DNA of 64,000 nt from a virus (IMGVR_UViG_3300048686_000449:11899-75898), one strand, 5' to 3'. Counted from the first letter of the stretch, positions 8,959-16,949 are shown. The notes: generated by a model not told the origin, from the sequence alone. Made by a program: numbers and translations.

Positions 8959-9510
8959 CTACTCTTCGCACGAATAGGTCTGCGTTTGCAATTTGATTTC
9001 CGTAGGCCACTGCGGGTTCTTCACGAATGAACGTTCACACATCAACAGATGATTTGTGGGTTGTACGGTATAACGACCATTTTCGAGAGCCACAAAGGAG
9101 AACTCTTTGGCTTGTTCAGGTCGAGAGGACCATCCATCATATAGTGGAGCTACAGTGAACAGATAGCGACCTGGATATTCATGTACATTAGCTTGCACCA
9201 GACACACACTGTCTTTTAAGAACGCATACTCAAGTACAGCAAAGTGATAATCATAACAATCCCATGTCTGAGCATCTTTCGGCGTCCACACCCACTCAGG
9301 GTCTGCTTTCCAGGCTAATGCATGAATAGGCACATTCCGATACACGGCCCCATTCTGAAACAAGACATTACACCCCCAGACTCGTCCAGGATACGAGACT
9401 AATCCAAACCAGATGCACGGCACAAATCCCTGTGCTTCTTTATAGGTGAACGAGGAATCCACCAGTGCGTATTGATGCACTGGAAGATCACCAATGAACG
9501 TGTATTCCAT
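8959..9510 (-). CDS. hypothetical phage protein
   Basis: 183-aa ORF in operon context. Confidence 0.6.
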   Translation of the reverse strand: MEYTFIGDLPVHQYALVDSSFTYKEAQGFVPCIWFGLVSYPGRVWGCNVLFQNGAVYRNVPIHALAWKADPEWVWTPKDAQTWDCYDYHFAVLEYAFLKDSVCLVQANVHEYPGRYLFTVAPLYDGWSSRPEQAKEFSFVALENGRYTVQPTNHLLMCERSFVKNPQWPTEIKLQTQTYSCEE

Positions 9511-9514
9511 ATGA

Positions 9515-10612
9515 TTATTTGTGTACTCGTATAATCAGAGTTTCTTTATTCAACCGATTGCGATACTTGGTCGGTTTCGTTGTCAAAGAATCCATCAACT
9601 TCTTCGTAATAGTTTTGCCTCCATTCAAGACTTCTTTCAATGTCTCTTGTGGCTTGCGTAATTTCTTTGAGATACACATCGTTTGACTAGTATTAAACAC
9701 CGAGGTGCCTTTGAAAGTTAGACCAGAGGCATCATCTGCAACATGAAGAGTCAATACACGAGTCTTTGTGTGATAAGTCCACGCATAGAGGGCACCCACC
9801 ATTTGCGCAGGTTCTATTGATTTCACCCCCAACTCATCATCGACTGATTGATACTGCACACGCTTGGCAATCTGTTCTGGCAATTTCTTCTTTTTCTTAC
9901 GAGGCGACCGCGTCTCCATGGATTCTTTGACAAGCAATAATCCATCCGTCATAATCTGGTCACAATAGTTGGCCAGTTTATTCAGTTCGGGTTTACTAAA
10001 GTTGGAATACGCCTCCCGCATATCAGGATCTGCTGCACTATGAGCAAGGCGATATTCATCGCGAATCTTTTTGAACCAATTAATAATCTGTTGCGCCTGG
10101 GGTCCTTTGATCTGATGTTCGCGCATGATCTTGATTGGCGGTTTTGCAGTCTTGAATTCAGAAAGAATCAATTCATCTAGACAACCTTCCAGTTCCCCAA
10201 GACACTTGGAAATCTGTTGCTTCATTCGTTCTTGTACACTGACGATGGGTTTCTCAATCTTCACGGATTCTTTCGGTCGATCATTATACGCATCCAACGG
10301 CTTGACGAATGTTTTGAATTCTTCTATTTGGTTCTTCAGCCATCGTTGAGAAGATTCGGGTAATTGGGCTCCGCGCATCTGAATGCGACAGAGATATCCT
10401 ACATTTGGATGATAGGTAATAAATCCAAGAACAGAATCTTGATCGTATTCAATCTGTTGACTTTTTAGATACTCGTTAAAATACTTGGCTGACATATCTG
10501 ATGTGTAATTGGCGGCATACCAATTCAATAAACTAATGAGTTGATTCTTCGTTAGTTCAGCAGTCAACGTAGGAATCTGAGGCTCCGATGACTTATATGA
10601 AGTCTTACTCAT
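9515..10612 (-). CDS. conserved hypothetical T4-like protein
   Basis: Long ORF. Start moved to MSKTSY. The C-terminal KKLRKP...RLN..TLI motif is typical of T4-like myoviruses. Confidence 0.65.
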   Translation of the reverse strand: MSKTSYKSSEPQIPTLTAELTKNQLISLLNWYAANYTSDMSAKYFNEYLKSQQIEYDQDSVLGFITYHPNVGYLCRIQMRGAQLPESSQRWLKNQIEEFKTFVKPLDAYNDRPKESVKIEKPIVSVQERMKQQISKCLGELEGCLDELILSEFKTAKPPIKIMREHQIKGPQAQQIINWFKKIRDEYRLAHSAADPDMREAYSNFSKPELNKLANYCDQIMTDGLLLVKESMETRSPRKKKKKLPEQIAKRVQYQSVDDELGVKSIEPAQMVGALYAWTYHTKTRVLTLHVADDASGLTFKGTSVFNTSQTMCISKKLRKPQETLKEVLNGGKTITKKLMDSLTTKPTKYRNRLNKETLIIRVHK

Positions 10613-10820
10613 TGTAGTCCCCTTCAAACGAATTTGATTCACGCACCTGATTGACACGAGATAGAGGATAATGATAGGTGTGTTCGACCTTTTTCTTTTC
10701 GTATAACCAAGACACTGAGACCACATCATTCGCCACAAATACATTTGTGACATTCGTCAGCGTGACAGGCTCTTTACCGTCATTGAATTCAATCCAGACT
10801 GAATGTTTCTTCCAGGTCAT
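10605..10820 (-). CDS. hypothetical protein
   Basis: Strong AAGGAGG SD, downstream of an early promoter. Confidence 0.55.
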   Translation of the reverse strand: MTWKKHSVWIEFNDGKEPVTLTNVTNVFVANDVVSVSWLYEKKKVEHTYHYPLSRVNQVRESNSFEGDYNE

Positions 10821-10838
10821 TATTTCCTCCTTGTACTT

Positions 10839-10867
10839 ATTGTATATGTTTGACCATCAAAAGTCAA
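10839..10867 (-). promoter_or_regulatory. sigma70-type early promoter
   Basis: TTGACT-17nt-TACAAT. Confidence 0.7.
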
Positions 10868-10868
10868 A

Positions 10869-11993
10869 TTATTCATAATCACGAATTGCGATACCAACAG
10901 GAAAGATCGGAATGCCATCGTCACTATAATTTTGAAATTTGACAGTCAACATCTTATTCAAATACTTCTTATGATGCTTCCACTGTTCTTGGCGTTCTTC
11001 GTCGGTGCCTTTGCATCGCACCTCAAACTCTTTCTTATCTTTGGTAATACAACGGAAGGTAGCTTTCCCTTCGTCCTTCCCGACACCTTCCTTCGCTCCA
11101 ATAATCTCAAACTCGTTATCCAGAAAGTCTTTGAGCTTGAGCAGCGTGGGTGAACGATACTGAAACCGATACGGTTCTTGACCACCAGACCGCACCATCG
11201 TGCCTTCATAGCCTTGGTACATAAATGTGTCATGACACGCCATGATTTCTTCTTCCGTTTTGGCGAGCCAAGTCGTCACTTTCACAATATGCACATAACT
11301 AACTAGACGCTCGGCTCGCTCGTGAAATGGCGCATCAATGCAAATATCATAGTTATAGAACTTGACATACTCCTGCAACATCTTCGCATTCTGTTCTTTG
11401 TTCTTATCGTTCTTGATCAATGAGACGAGTTCTTGAAAGGAAATCTTCTGATGACAATAGAGTTCACCATCCAGAATCTCGCCGTCTTTCATTACTTTCA
11501 ATGCGTCTTCTTTGATATGATCCAGTGTCGTAAACTGTTTGCCACCACGAGAATGAAAGATAATTTCGTCGCCATTGCGTTCCATCAAACAGCGCACACC
11601 ATTGAGCTTTGGTTGAACATACACTGGCCACACCAAATCGTGCTTGCGATCTTCATACTTCAGTGCCAGCATCGGTAAGCGTGAGCCCGTTGTCTTAGAC
11701 GGCGCAACAGTCAGCAGACTTGAGCGATCCTGAACATAACCTTTGTCCTGTTTCTTATTCCAGAAGGCTTCTGCTTCAAGTCGGGCTTGTTCAGCCGCCG
11801 TCGTCTCATTACTGCGCCCGATGTTTTTACCTGCTTTGATTTTGCGAATGGTTTGTTGTTGTTTGCCATTTTGAATTCCATGGTGAATAATAATGTGAGA
11901 TTCGTTCTTGTGGTCTTCTACGGCAATCGACCACACTTTGATTGTTCCGTGGGAGGCACGTCCATACAGAACAGGATAGGTCGTGGTGCTCAT
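10869..11993 (-). CDS. ATP-dependent DNA ligase
   Basis: Motifs QPKLNGVR, LDGELY, GYEGTMVR, LLKLK and IPIFP. N-terminal WGR-like domain. Confidence 0.9.
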   Translation of the reverse strand: MSTTTYPVLYGRASHGTIKVWSIAVEDHKNESHIIIHHGIQNGKQQQTIRKIKAGKNIGRSNETTAAEQARLEAEAFWNKKQDKGYVQDRSSLLTVAPSKTTGSRLPMLALKYEDRKHDLVWPVYVQPKLNGVRCLMERNGDEIIFHSRGGKQFTTLDHIKEDALKVMKDGEILDGELYCHQKISFQELVSLIKNDKNKEQNAKMLQEYVKFYNYDICIDAPFHERAERLVSYVHIVKVTTWLAKTEEEIMACHDTFMYQGYEGTMVRSGGQEPYRFQYRSPTLLKLKDFLDNEFEIIGAKEGVGKDEGKATFRCITKDKKEFEVRCKGTDEERQEQWKHHKKYLNKMLTVKFQNYSDDGIPIFPVGIAIRDYE

Positions 11994-12163
11994 TATTTCA
12001 CCTCAAACGCATCAGCCCAATCACCAGGCTCTGCGACAATGGAACCGCAGAACTCACACGAAGTGGTCAGTGAGTCATCCTCTGCGTATTCACCGAGCAC
12101 AGGTTCCTGACATTTAACACAGAAGAACACAGGCGTATAGTGATCTAAGAACGTAGCCATCAT
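11993..12163 (-). CDS. small zinc-ribbon protein (56 aa)
   Basis: Hand-translated MMATFLDHYTPVFFCVKC...CEFCGS. AAGGAG SD. Confidence 0.55.
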   Translation of the reverse strand: MMATFLDHYTPVFFCVKCQEPVLGEYAEDDSLTTSCEFCGSIVAEPGDWADAFEVK

Positions 12164-12171
12164 TTACTCCT

Positions 12172-12387
12172 TTAGGTAGTGATTTTTGGATTCAATTGTT
12201 TGAGCCAGTCTCTGGTCACTAATTGGTAAGATGACTTATTTCCGCACGCCACAGGAAACACTCGCTGCTTCGCAACCTTGTCACCACAAGACAAGCAATC
12301 ACGATAACCGAGTTCCCAGCGTTTGGGATGAACCTCATACAGCGAACATTTGACGCAATAGTGTTTCACAATTCCTCCTTTCATCAT
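12172..12387 (-). CDS. small zinc-finger protein
   Basis: CxxC...CxxC. True start may be the internal GTG after AGGAGG. Confidence 0.55.
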   Translation of the reverse strand: MMKGGIVKHYCVKCSLYEVHPKRWELGYRDCLSCGDKVAKQRVFPVACGNKSSYQLVTRDWLKQLNPKITT

Positions 12388-12395
12388 ATAGAAGA

Positions 12396-12424
12396 ATTAT
12401 ACTGTATTCGATATGAAAAGTCAA
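12396..12424 (-). promoter_or_regulatory. sigma70-type early promoter
   Basis: TTGACT-17nt-TATAAT. Confidence 0.75.
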
Positions 12425-12469
12425 GCATTATTTTTGAGGGGAAAGATGAAGAAAATCAAGAGGTTAGAG

Positions 12470-12543
12470 TGGCGAATTCGCGAGGATTTGAACCTCGACC
12501 CTTAGTTTTGGAGACTAAGATGCTACCATTACACCACGAACTC
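12470..12543 (-). tRNA. trnW: tRNA-Trp(CCA)
   Basis: Cloverleaf. Anticodon loop CT-CCA-AA, T-loop TTCAAAT, encoded CCA end. Confidence 0.92.
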
Positions 12544-12566
12544 GCAAAGAGAAAACATAAAATGAC

Positions 12567-12650
12567 TAAATAGATGTGGGTCGCGATGTTATCAGCATCC
12601 ACCCACTCTAACACTATAGATTTAGGAGGAGTGCCAGCTATGTCTATTTA
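12567..12650 (+). repeat. conserved structured leader element, copy 1 (before the HNH endonuclease)
   Basis: TAAATAGATGTGGGTCGCG...CACCCACTCTAAC...GGAGTGCCAGCTATGTCTATTTA. Matches 43733-43824 and the reverse complement of 57317-57410. Confidence 0.85.
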
Positions 12651-12699
12651 TTCTACTAAAACTTATTCATTCGCATATCTCACGAGAGGTGGGATATGA
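12640..12699 (+). CDS. 19-aa leader ORF MSIYSTKTYSFAYLTRGGI, coupled to the HNH gene
   Basis: ATG lies in the conserved leader with a GGAGGAG SD. TGA overlaps the HNH ATG (ATGA). Confidence 0.5.
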   Translation: MSIYSTKTYSFAYLTRGGI

Positions 12700-13409
12700 A
12701 CTACAAAAAAGTTTACTTCTCTTTGATTGAGAAACGAAAAACCACTCCAGTTTTGGGATATTCCGAATCTCACCATATCACACCAAGAAGTCTAGGAGGT
12801 TCAGACGCTCCAGATAACATCGTTGAATTGACGGCGAGGGAGCACTTCTTCGCTCATCTACTTCTCACAAAAATACACAAAAGAGGTCCGGCGAAATATA
12901 AGATGGTCAGAGCTTTTATTATGATGCTTTGTGTTGCGGGTCAAAATCAACAGAGATATATCTCATCAAAAAGATATGACCAATTACGAAAACAATTTTC
13001 TATTGCGCAATCATTATCACAATCAGGCGAAAGAAATTCTCAGTTCGGAACTTGTTGGGTCGTTCACGATCTATTCGGTCCAAAAAGAATAGAAAAATCC
13101 CTATTCTGTGAATATGTAGAACAGGGATGGTATCTTGGAAGAACTTTCAATTATATACAAGAAAAGAAAACGTCAGTTCAGATAAAAGAAAGAAGAAAAC
13201 AAAAAACTCTAAAAAAGTATCCCAATCTTGATGAGTGGTATCGCATATATGATGCGAAAGGATTTGAAGAATTTGTTAGAATTACTGGATACCCTCATTC
13301 AAAACCTAATTTGGTTACGTTATTCGCAAAATATGTTCCGTCTTTTGTCCCACAAAATAGAAAAAGAAGAGGTTGGCTGGCGGGGCAGGCTTCGATCCTG
13401 CGACATTAG
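12696..13409 (+). mobile_element. free-standing HNH homing endonuclease
   Basis: Motif ESHHITPRSLGGSD...NIVELTAREHFFAHLLL. Opposite strand, AT-rich, inserted in the tRNA cluster. Confidence 0.88.
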
Positions 13410-13450
13410 GAGTAACAATCCTACGTTCGTACCATCTGAGCTACCCGACA
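13374..13450 (-). tRNA. trnN: tRNA-Asn(GTT)
   Basis: Cloverleaf with anticodon GTT and CCA end. Atypical T-loop ATCGAAG and one acceptor-stem mismatch. Confidence 0.75.
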
Positions 13451-13467
13451 TCAGCACATCTTATAAT

Positions 13468-13542
13468 TGGTAGCGGGGGCTGGAATCGCACCAGCGACCT
13501 TTAGGTTATGAGCCTAACGAGCTACTCCTGCTCCACCCCGCT
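13468..13542 (-). tRNA. trnM: tRNA-Met(CAT), initiator-like
   Basis: AGCGGGGTGGAGC...CT-CAT-AA...CCCCGCTACCA, similar to bacterial tRNA-fMet. Confidence 0.88.
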
Positions 13543-13570
13543 ATATTATATCTACAGACGCACTATTTAG

Positions 13571-13720
13571 TGGAATGGTGTTGGACTTGATACCAACTCT
13601 GGACAGCCGCCGTTCTTCCAGACAAGTAGCCGAGGTGTTAAGCGGTATCCCGCAATCCACCTGTGCTTGCGCTCGATTCGTCGGTCTTCTATAGCACGTC
13701 CTTCCGTGCTGCCCATTCCA
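13571..13720 (-). ncRNA. tRNA-like non-coding RNA (YrlA/Y-RNA-like)
   Basis: Terminal stem GGAATGG/CCATTCC. D-like arm AGCACG-GAAGGA-CGTGCT. T-like arm GTTGG-TATCAAGT-CCAAC. An ~95-nt structured insert replaces the anticodon arm. Confidence 0.65.
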
Positions 13721-13725
13721 TTTTC

Positions 13726-13923
13726 TTAGAAATGCGTCACTTTCTGTAGCACATCCAAGACCGCTTGAACCTGTGGATTTGATTCCAACATCGCCAAGGC
13801 TGCGTCAAGTTCATCCAATCGCCTCTTCACATCAGCCCGTTCATTCTTCAATCGTTCTGTCATTGTCGGACGATAGCAATCAACTGCCTTCGCAGGAACC
13901 TTAGCATCATACTCATAACTCAT
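13726..13923 (-). CDS. hypothetical coiled-coil protein
   Basis: AAGGAG SD. Confidence 0.55.
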   Translation of the reverse strand: MSYEYDAKVPAKAVDCYRPTMTERLKNERADVKRRLDELDAALAMLESNPQVQAVLDVLQKVTHF

Positions 13924-13960
13924 TGGAATCTCCTTTGTTAGTTTTTCTGAACCGTCTTAT

Positions 13961-14119
13961 CTAGTATTGCCAATTTAATGTTACAAGAGGAAGAGAAATA
14001 GCAATGACAGCACTCGTGGTCGCAAGTCCATAGTATTCAAAACTCACGAAAATACCAGCAAGAGACGCAATTCCTGTAACGATTAGCACATCTATCACAT
14101 AGCCCCACTGAATCGTCAT
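13961..14119 (-). CDS. small membrane protein (52 aa)
   Basis: Hand-translated MTIQWGYVIDVLIVTGIASLAG..., with two hydrophobic segments. Confidence 0.45.
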   Translation of the reverse strand: MTIQWGYVIDVLIVTGIASLAGIFVSFEYYGLATTSAVIAISLPLVTLNWQY

Positions 14120-14133
14120 CGTATTTCTCACTG

Positions 14134-14457
14134 TTACAAGTAATGCCCACCTTTATTTTTGGGGGCTTCTATTAGCGTGGCCAGTTTTGCGAGATCCCAC
14201 AGATCCACACGCCCCAACGGAATATAGGAATTACATTCGTGAATATCATTCTCGACCACTCGATCAATCTTGCGACAAAACACTGTCATCTCATTCCGAT
14301 ATTTGCGAATATGAATATGCCCACTCTTACACTGTTCGCAGAGATTATGCGGTTTATTCTTGAAGATGATCTTCGACCGATTACTATCAGTCAGAGCATC
14401 CCCGACCGCATTCACCTGATCATAGATCTGTTCTGTCTCTTCGGTGTCTCTCATCAT
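14134..14457 (-). CDS. hypothetical Cys-rich protein
   Basis: LCEQC...FC...EC pattern. Confidence 0.55.
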   Translation of the reverse strand: MMRDTEETEQIYDQVNAVGDALTDSNRSKIIFKNKPHNLCEQCKSGHIHIRKYRNEMTVFCRKIDRVVENDIHECNSYIPLGRVDLWDLAKLATLIEAPKNKGGHYL

Positions 14458-14633
14458 TCCTCTGATGGCTGGTGTCTTTCAATTTTGACTGCGTTGATTC
14501 CATCACAATAGACGTAAATAAACTCACCAGGAATAATTGGAATACCTAATGCCTTGAGAATATCTTTCTGATCATAAATGAGAATGGTAGAACGCTGTAT
14601 TGTTCTTGGTTTTATTTTGTTATTAGTAGCCAT
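14454..14633 (-). CDS. hypothetical protein (59 aa)
   Basis: Hand-translated MATNNKIKPRTIQR.... Fills the gap and overlaps both neighbours. Confidence 0.45.
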   Translation of the reverse strand: MATNNKIKPRTIQRSTILIYDQKDILKALGIPIIPGEFIYVYCDGINAVKIERHQPSEE

Positions 14634-14823
14634 TTCGTTTCCACTCGTGCTGACAAAAAGGACATCGCCACGCCACGGTACAATCTTCTGTCATATCATA
14701 GATGCCAATCACCGTGCTCCAATGCGTCTTATCACCATAATATCCCGCATCAATATACTCTTGAGGAATCGGATCACCTTGAAAGGACACAAGACAATTG
14801 GGGCACGATGTGGGATCACTCAT
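14623..14823 (-). CDS. zinc-ribbon protein
   Basis: CPNC...WRCPFC. Confidence 0.6.
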   Translation of the reverse strand: MSDPTSCPNCLVSFQGDPIPQEYIDAGYYGDKTHWSTVIGIYDMTEDCTVAWRCPFCQHEWKRNGY

Positions 14824-14826
14824 TTC

Positions 14827-15702
14827 TCAACTCTTAATCCAAGTATTTCCGCCGATTTGTTTCTCTCCATAGATCTCGGCATCTCCAGAGATCCAAGTAT
14901 ATCCATAGACCCAAGCATCTCTAGAGACCTGAGCATCTCCAGAGACACGAGCATTTCCATAGACCCGAGCATTTCCATAGACCTGAGCCTTTCCAAAGAC
15001 CTGAGCATCTCCAGAGACACGAGCATTTCCATAGACCCGAGCATTTCCATAGACCTGAGCATCTCCAGAAACCCGAGCATCTCCAAAGACCCAAGCATCT
15101 CCATAGATCAGAGCATTCCCATAGACCCAAGCATCTCCAGAGACTTGAGCATCTCCAGAGACACGAGCATTCTCATAGATCCGAGCCTTTCCAAAGACAT
15201 GGGCATTTTCGGAGACTTTAGCGTTTTTAGAGATCCAAACATCCCCATAGACCTGAGCTTTTCCATAGACCTGGGCGTTGTCGCAGATCCAAGCTGTTTC
15301 AGAGACCCGAGCATTCTCGTAGACCTCAGCATTTCCAAAGATGCAAACATCATCGTAGATGTGAGCATTTCCAGAGATCCGAGCACTTTGAAAGATATGA
15401 GCATTTCCATCAATAGCAGCACGTTCAGAAACCTTCGCCTGTCCAAAAACCCAAGCATTAGGTCCCACAAACGCAGATTCTTCTACCGTCGCCGTTTCAG
15501 CAACCCAACCACCACCATTCTTATGTTGATGGGCTGGAACAGGTCCATTCCCATCCAAAAAGTCAAACATCAGAAGAGATGATGAACTTTGTTTCGGTAA
15601 CTCCTCAATGCTAGGTGGCTTCGGTGACGCAGCAGTGACGCTCGGCAAGGCTACAGTCGCAAGCGATCCCAATACTACTTTGAAGAAAGTTCTACGATTC
15701 AT
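14827..15702 (-). CDS. hexapeptide-repeat (left-handed beta-helix) protein with Tat-like signal
   Basis: More than 30 repeats of [VI][YSF][GE][ND]A[RQWK]. N-terminus MNRRTFFKVVLGSLATVAL. GAGGA SD. Confidence 0.8.
   Translation of the reverse strand: MNRRTFFKVVLGSLATVALPSVTAASPKPPSIEELPKQSSSSLLMFDFLDGNGPVPAHQHKNGGGWVAETATVEESAFVGPNAWVFGQAKVSERAAIDGNAHIFQSARISGNAHIYDDVCIFGNAEVYENARVSETAWICDNAQVYGKAQVYGDVWISKNAKVSENAHVFGKARIYENARVSGDAQVSGDAWVYGNALIYGDAWVFGDARVSGDAQVYGNARVYGNARVSGDAQVFGKAQVYGNARVYGNARVSGDAQVSRDAWVYGYTWISGDAEIYGEKQIGGNTWIKS
14860..15480. repeat. degenerate 18-bp tandem repeat encoding the hexapeptides
   Basis: Recurrent units such as gagcatttccatagaccc and gagcatctccagagacac. 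Confidence 0.85.
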
Positions 15703-15886
15703 TGGAATCCTCATTCAATCCAAAGACTTCACGAATCTTCTGAGCCGCACCGCCACTGGTCATCTGAGTGGCTTCACCCTCTTCACAAATTCTCGCGCAT
15801 TCCTCTGCGACCGCTTGAGTATAATGAATCATATCTGTCGTGGAAGAATGATCTAGAATCAAATTAATCATGAGATCTTCGTTCAT
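15692..15886 (-). CDS. hypothetical protein
   Basis: GGAG SD. EECARIC motif common in phage proteins. Confidence 0.55.
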   Translation of the reverse strand: MNEDLMINLILDHSSTTDMIHYTQAVAEECARICEEGEATQMTSGGAAQKIREVFGLNEDSNES

Positions 15887-16028
15887 AGTGTAATCTCCGT
15901 TAGAGAGGCTAGAGCCGCCCAGTCTTGGGGACCGGACGGCTCCGTATGCTCATTTCCTACGCATGGTAGGCGAGCCGTTAATTCGTCTCCCGAATGCACT
16001 CAGTAGACGAACCCTGTCTACCTAAGAA

Positions 16029-16304
16029 TTAGGCAGACTTCCGAAGGCGGGCATAAAAGCGGTTCTTGCGAACACTCTTGGTCGGCGTACCGAGACGATA
16101 GATCGCAAGCTTTTCACCGCTCTTCGACCGCACAATGTTGGTATAGATCGGATGACCTTCCCGACGAAGCTCAGAGATCCGAGCGGAGACGTTCTTCACG
16201 CCAAACATCCGCTGTGCCTGCTTCACCGTAAAGTTGTTGTACGGTCCTTCCTTCTGAAGGAAATTCAACATCCGCTCATTTACCGTCATCGTAGCACTAG
16301 CCAT
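16029..16304 (-). CDS. helix-turn-helix DNA-binding protein
   Basis: FTVKQAQRMFGVKNVSARISELRREGHPIYTN...YRLGTP. Confidence 0.75.
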   Translation of the reverse strand: MASATMTVNERMLNFLQKEGPYNNFTVKQAQRMFGVKNVSARISELRREGHPIYTNIVRSKSGEKLAIYRLGTPTKSVRKNRFYARLRKSA

Positions 16305-16377
16305 AACAAACCTCACTATAAAATAATATTGATCGCACTTGGTGGGAGGGGCGACCATTGCCTCACATTCTTTAGAT

Positions 16378-16406
16378 AGTATATACTATCATACCCTAGA
16401 TGTCAA
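16378..16406 (-). promoter_or_regulatory. sigma70-type early promoter
   Basis: TTGACA-17nt-TATACT with an upstream A-tract. Confidence 0.75.
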
Positions 16407-16620
16407 ATTTTTTGATTTTTTTCGTCTTCTTTTTTGAAGACACTTTCTTCTTTTTTGGTTTATCCTCTACAATCACATCTTTCCCAAGACAAAGATCATC
16501 AATATTATCATCCATTTTAGACTCATTATATTCAGTTGGTGAAAAATTGAATTCATTCTTCTTATCTTTACTGCGAAAAATATTTGAGATCTTTTCCATA
16601 AATTCTTGTACCCAGCTCAT
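16396..16620 (-). CDS. hypothetical Lys-rich protein
   Basis: GAGGAG SD before MSWVQ. Confidence 0.5.
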   Translation of the reverse strand: MSWVQEFMEKISNIFRSKDKKNEFNFSPTEYNESKMDDNIDDLCLGKDVIVEDKPKKKKVSSKKKTKKIKKFDI

Positions 16621-16634
16621 TTTTTCTCCTCTTG

Positions 16635-16949
16635 TTAAGAATAAAGTAACCAACGGACCATACCAACACTATCAATAACCAAAAATGTACCATAGATAAT
16701 TGTAAAACCTGTTGATCCGCGATTAATAGATGTTACAATCAAACATGATGATCCGATCATCCACAAAAGATAACACACTCCAATATTTGGATCAGGTACT
16801 GTGACAGCCAATACAAATGAAGCGAGAATCGACGCGATCATTCCAATCATCTCCAGAACGAATCGACGGCTGTTATGATAATAATCATCTGAGATGAAAT
16901 TAATAGCCACTCCAACACGTTCACTCACCTTTCCTAATATATCATACAT
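16635..16949 (-). CDS. small 3-TM membrane protein (PnuC-like half)
   Basis: Three hydrophobic helices. Confidence 0.5.
   Translation of the reverse strand: MYDILGKVSERVGVAINFISDDYYHNSRRFVLEMIGMIASILASFVLAVTVPDPNIGVCYLLWMIGSSCLIVTSINRGSTGFTIIYGTFLVIDSVGMVRWLLYS

Noticed and set aside
12567-12650. Leader element as a theta/HDV-like or hammerhead ribozyme, or as a MITE
   Set aside because: I found no hammerhead core or HDV double pseudoknot by eye. Two of three copies are not near tRNAs. There is no target-site duplication or transposase.
14860-15480. Possible CRISPR array
   Set aside because: Contiguous degenerate 18-bp coding repeats with no unique spacers and no cas genes.
14578-15582. 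334-aa plus-strand ORF and other-frame repeat ORFs (14820-15104, 14921-15130, 15108-15470)
   Set aside because: These are shadow frames created by the 18-bp repeat. The minus-strand hexapeptide frame is the recognisable protein.
15900-16025. Hammerhead ribozyme or glutamine riboswitch
   Set aside because: CTGAGTG deviates from CUGANGA, and the stems are not arranged around a core. No riboswitch consensus was recognised.
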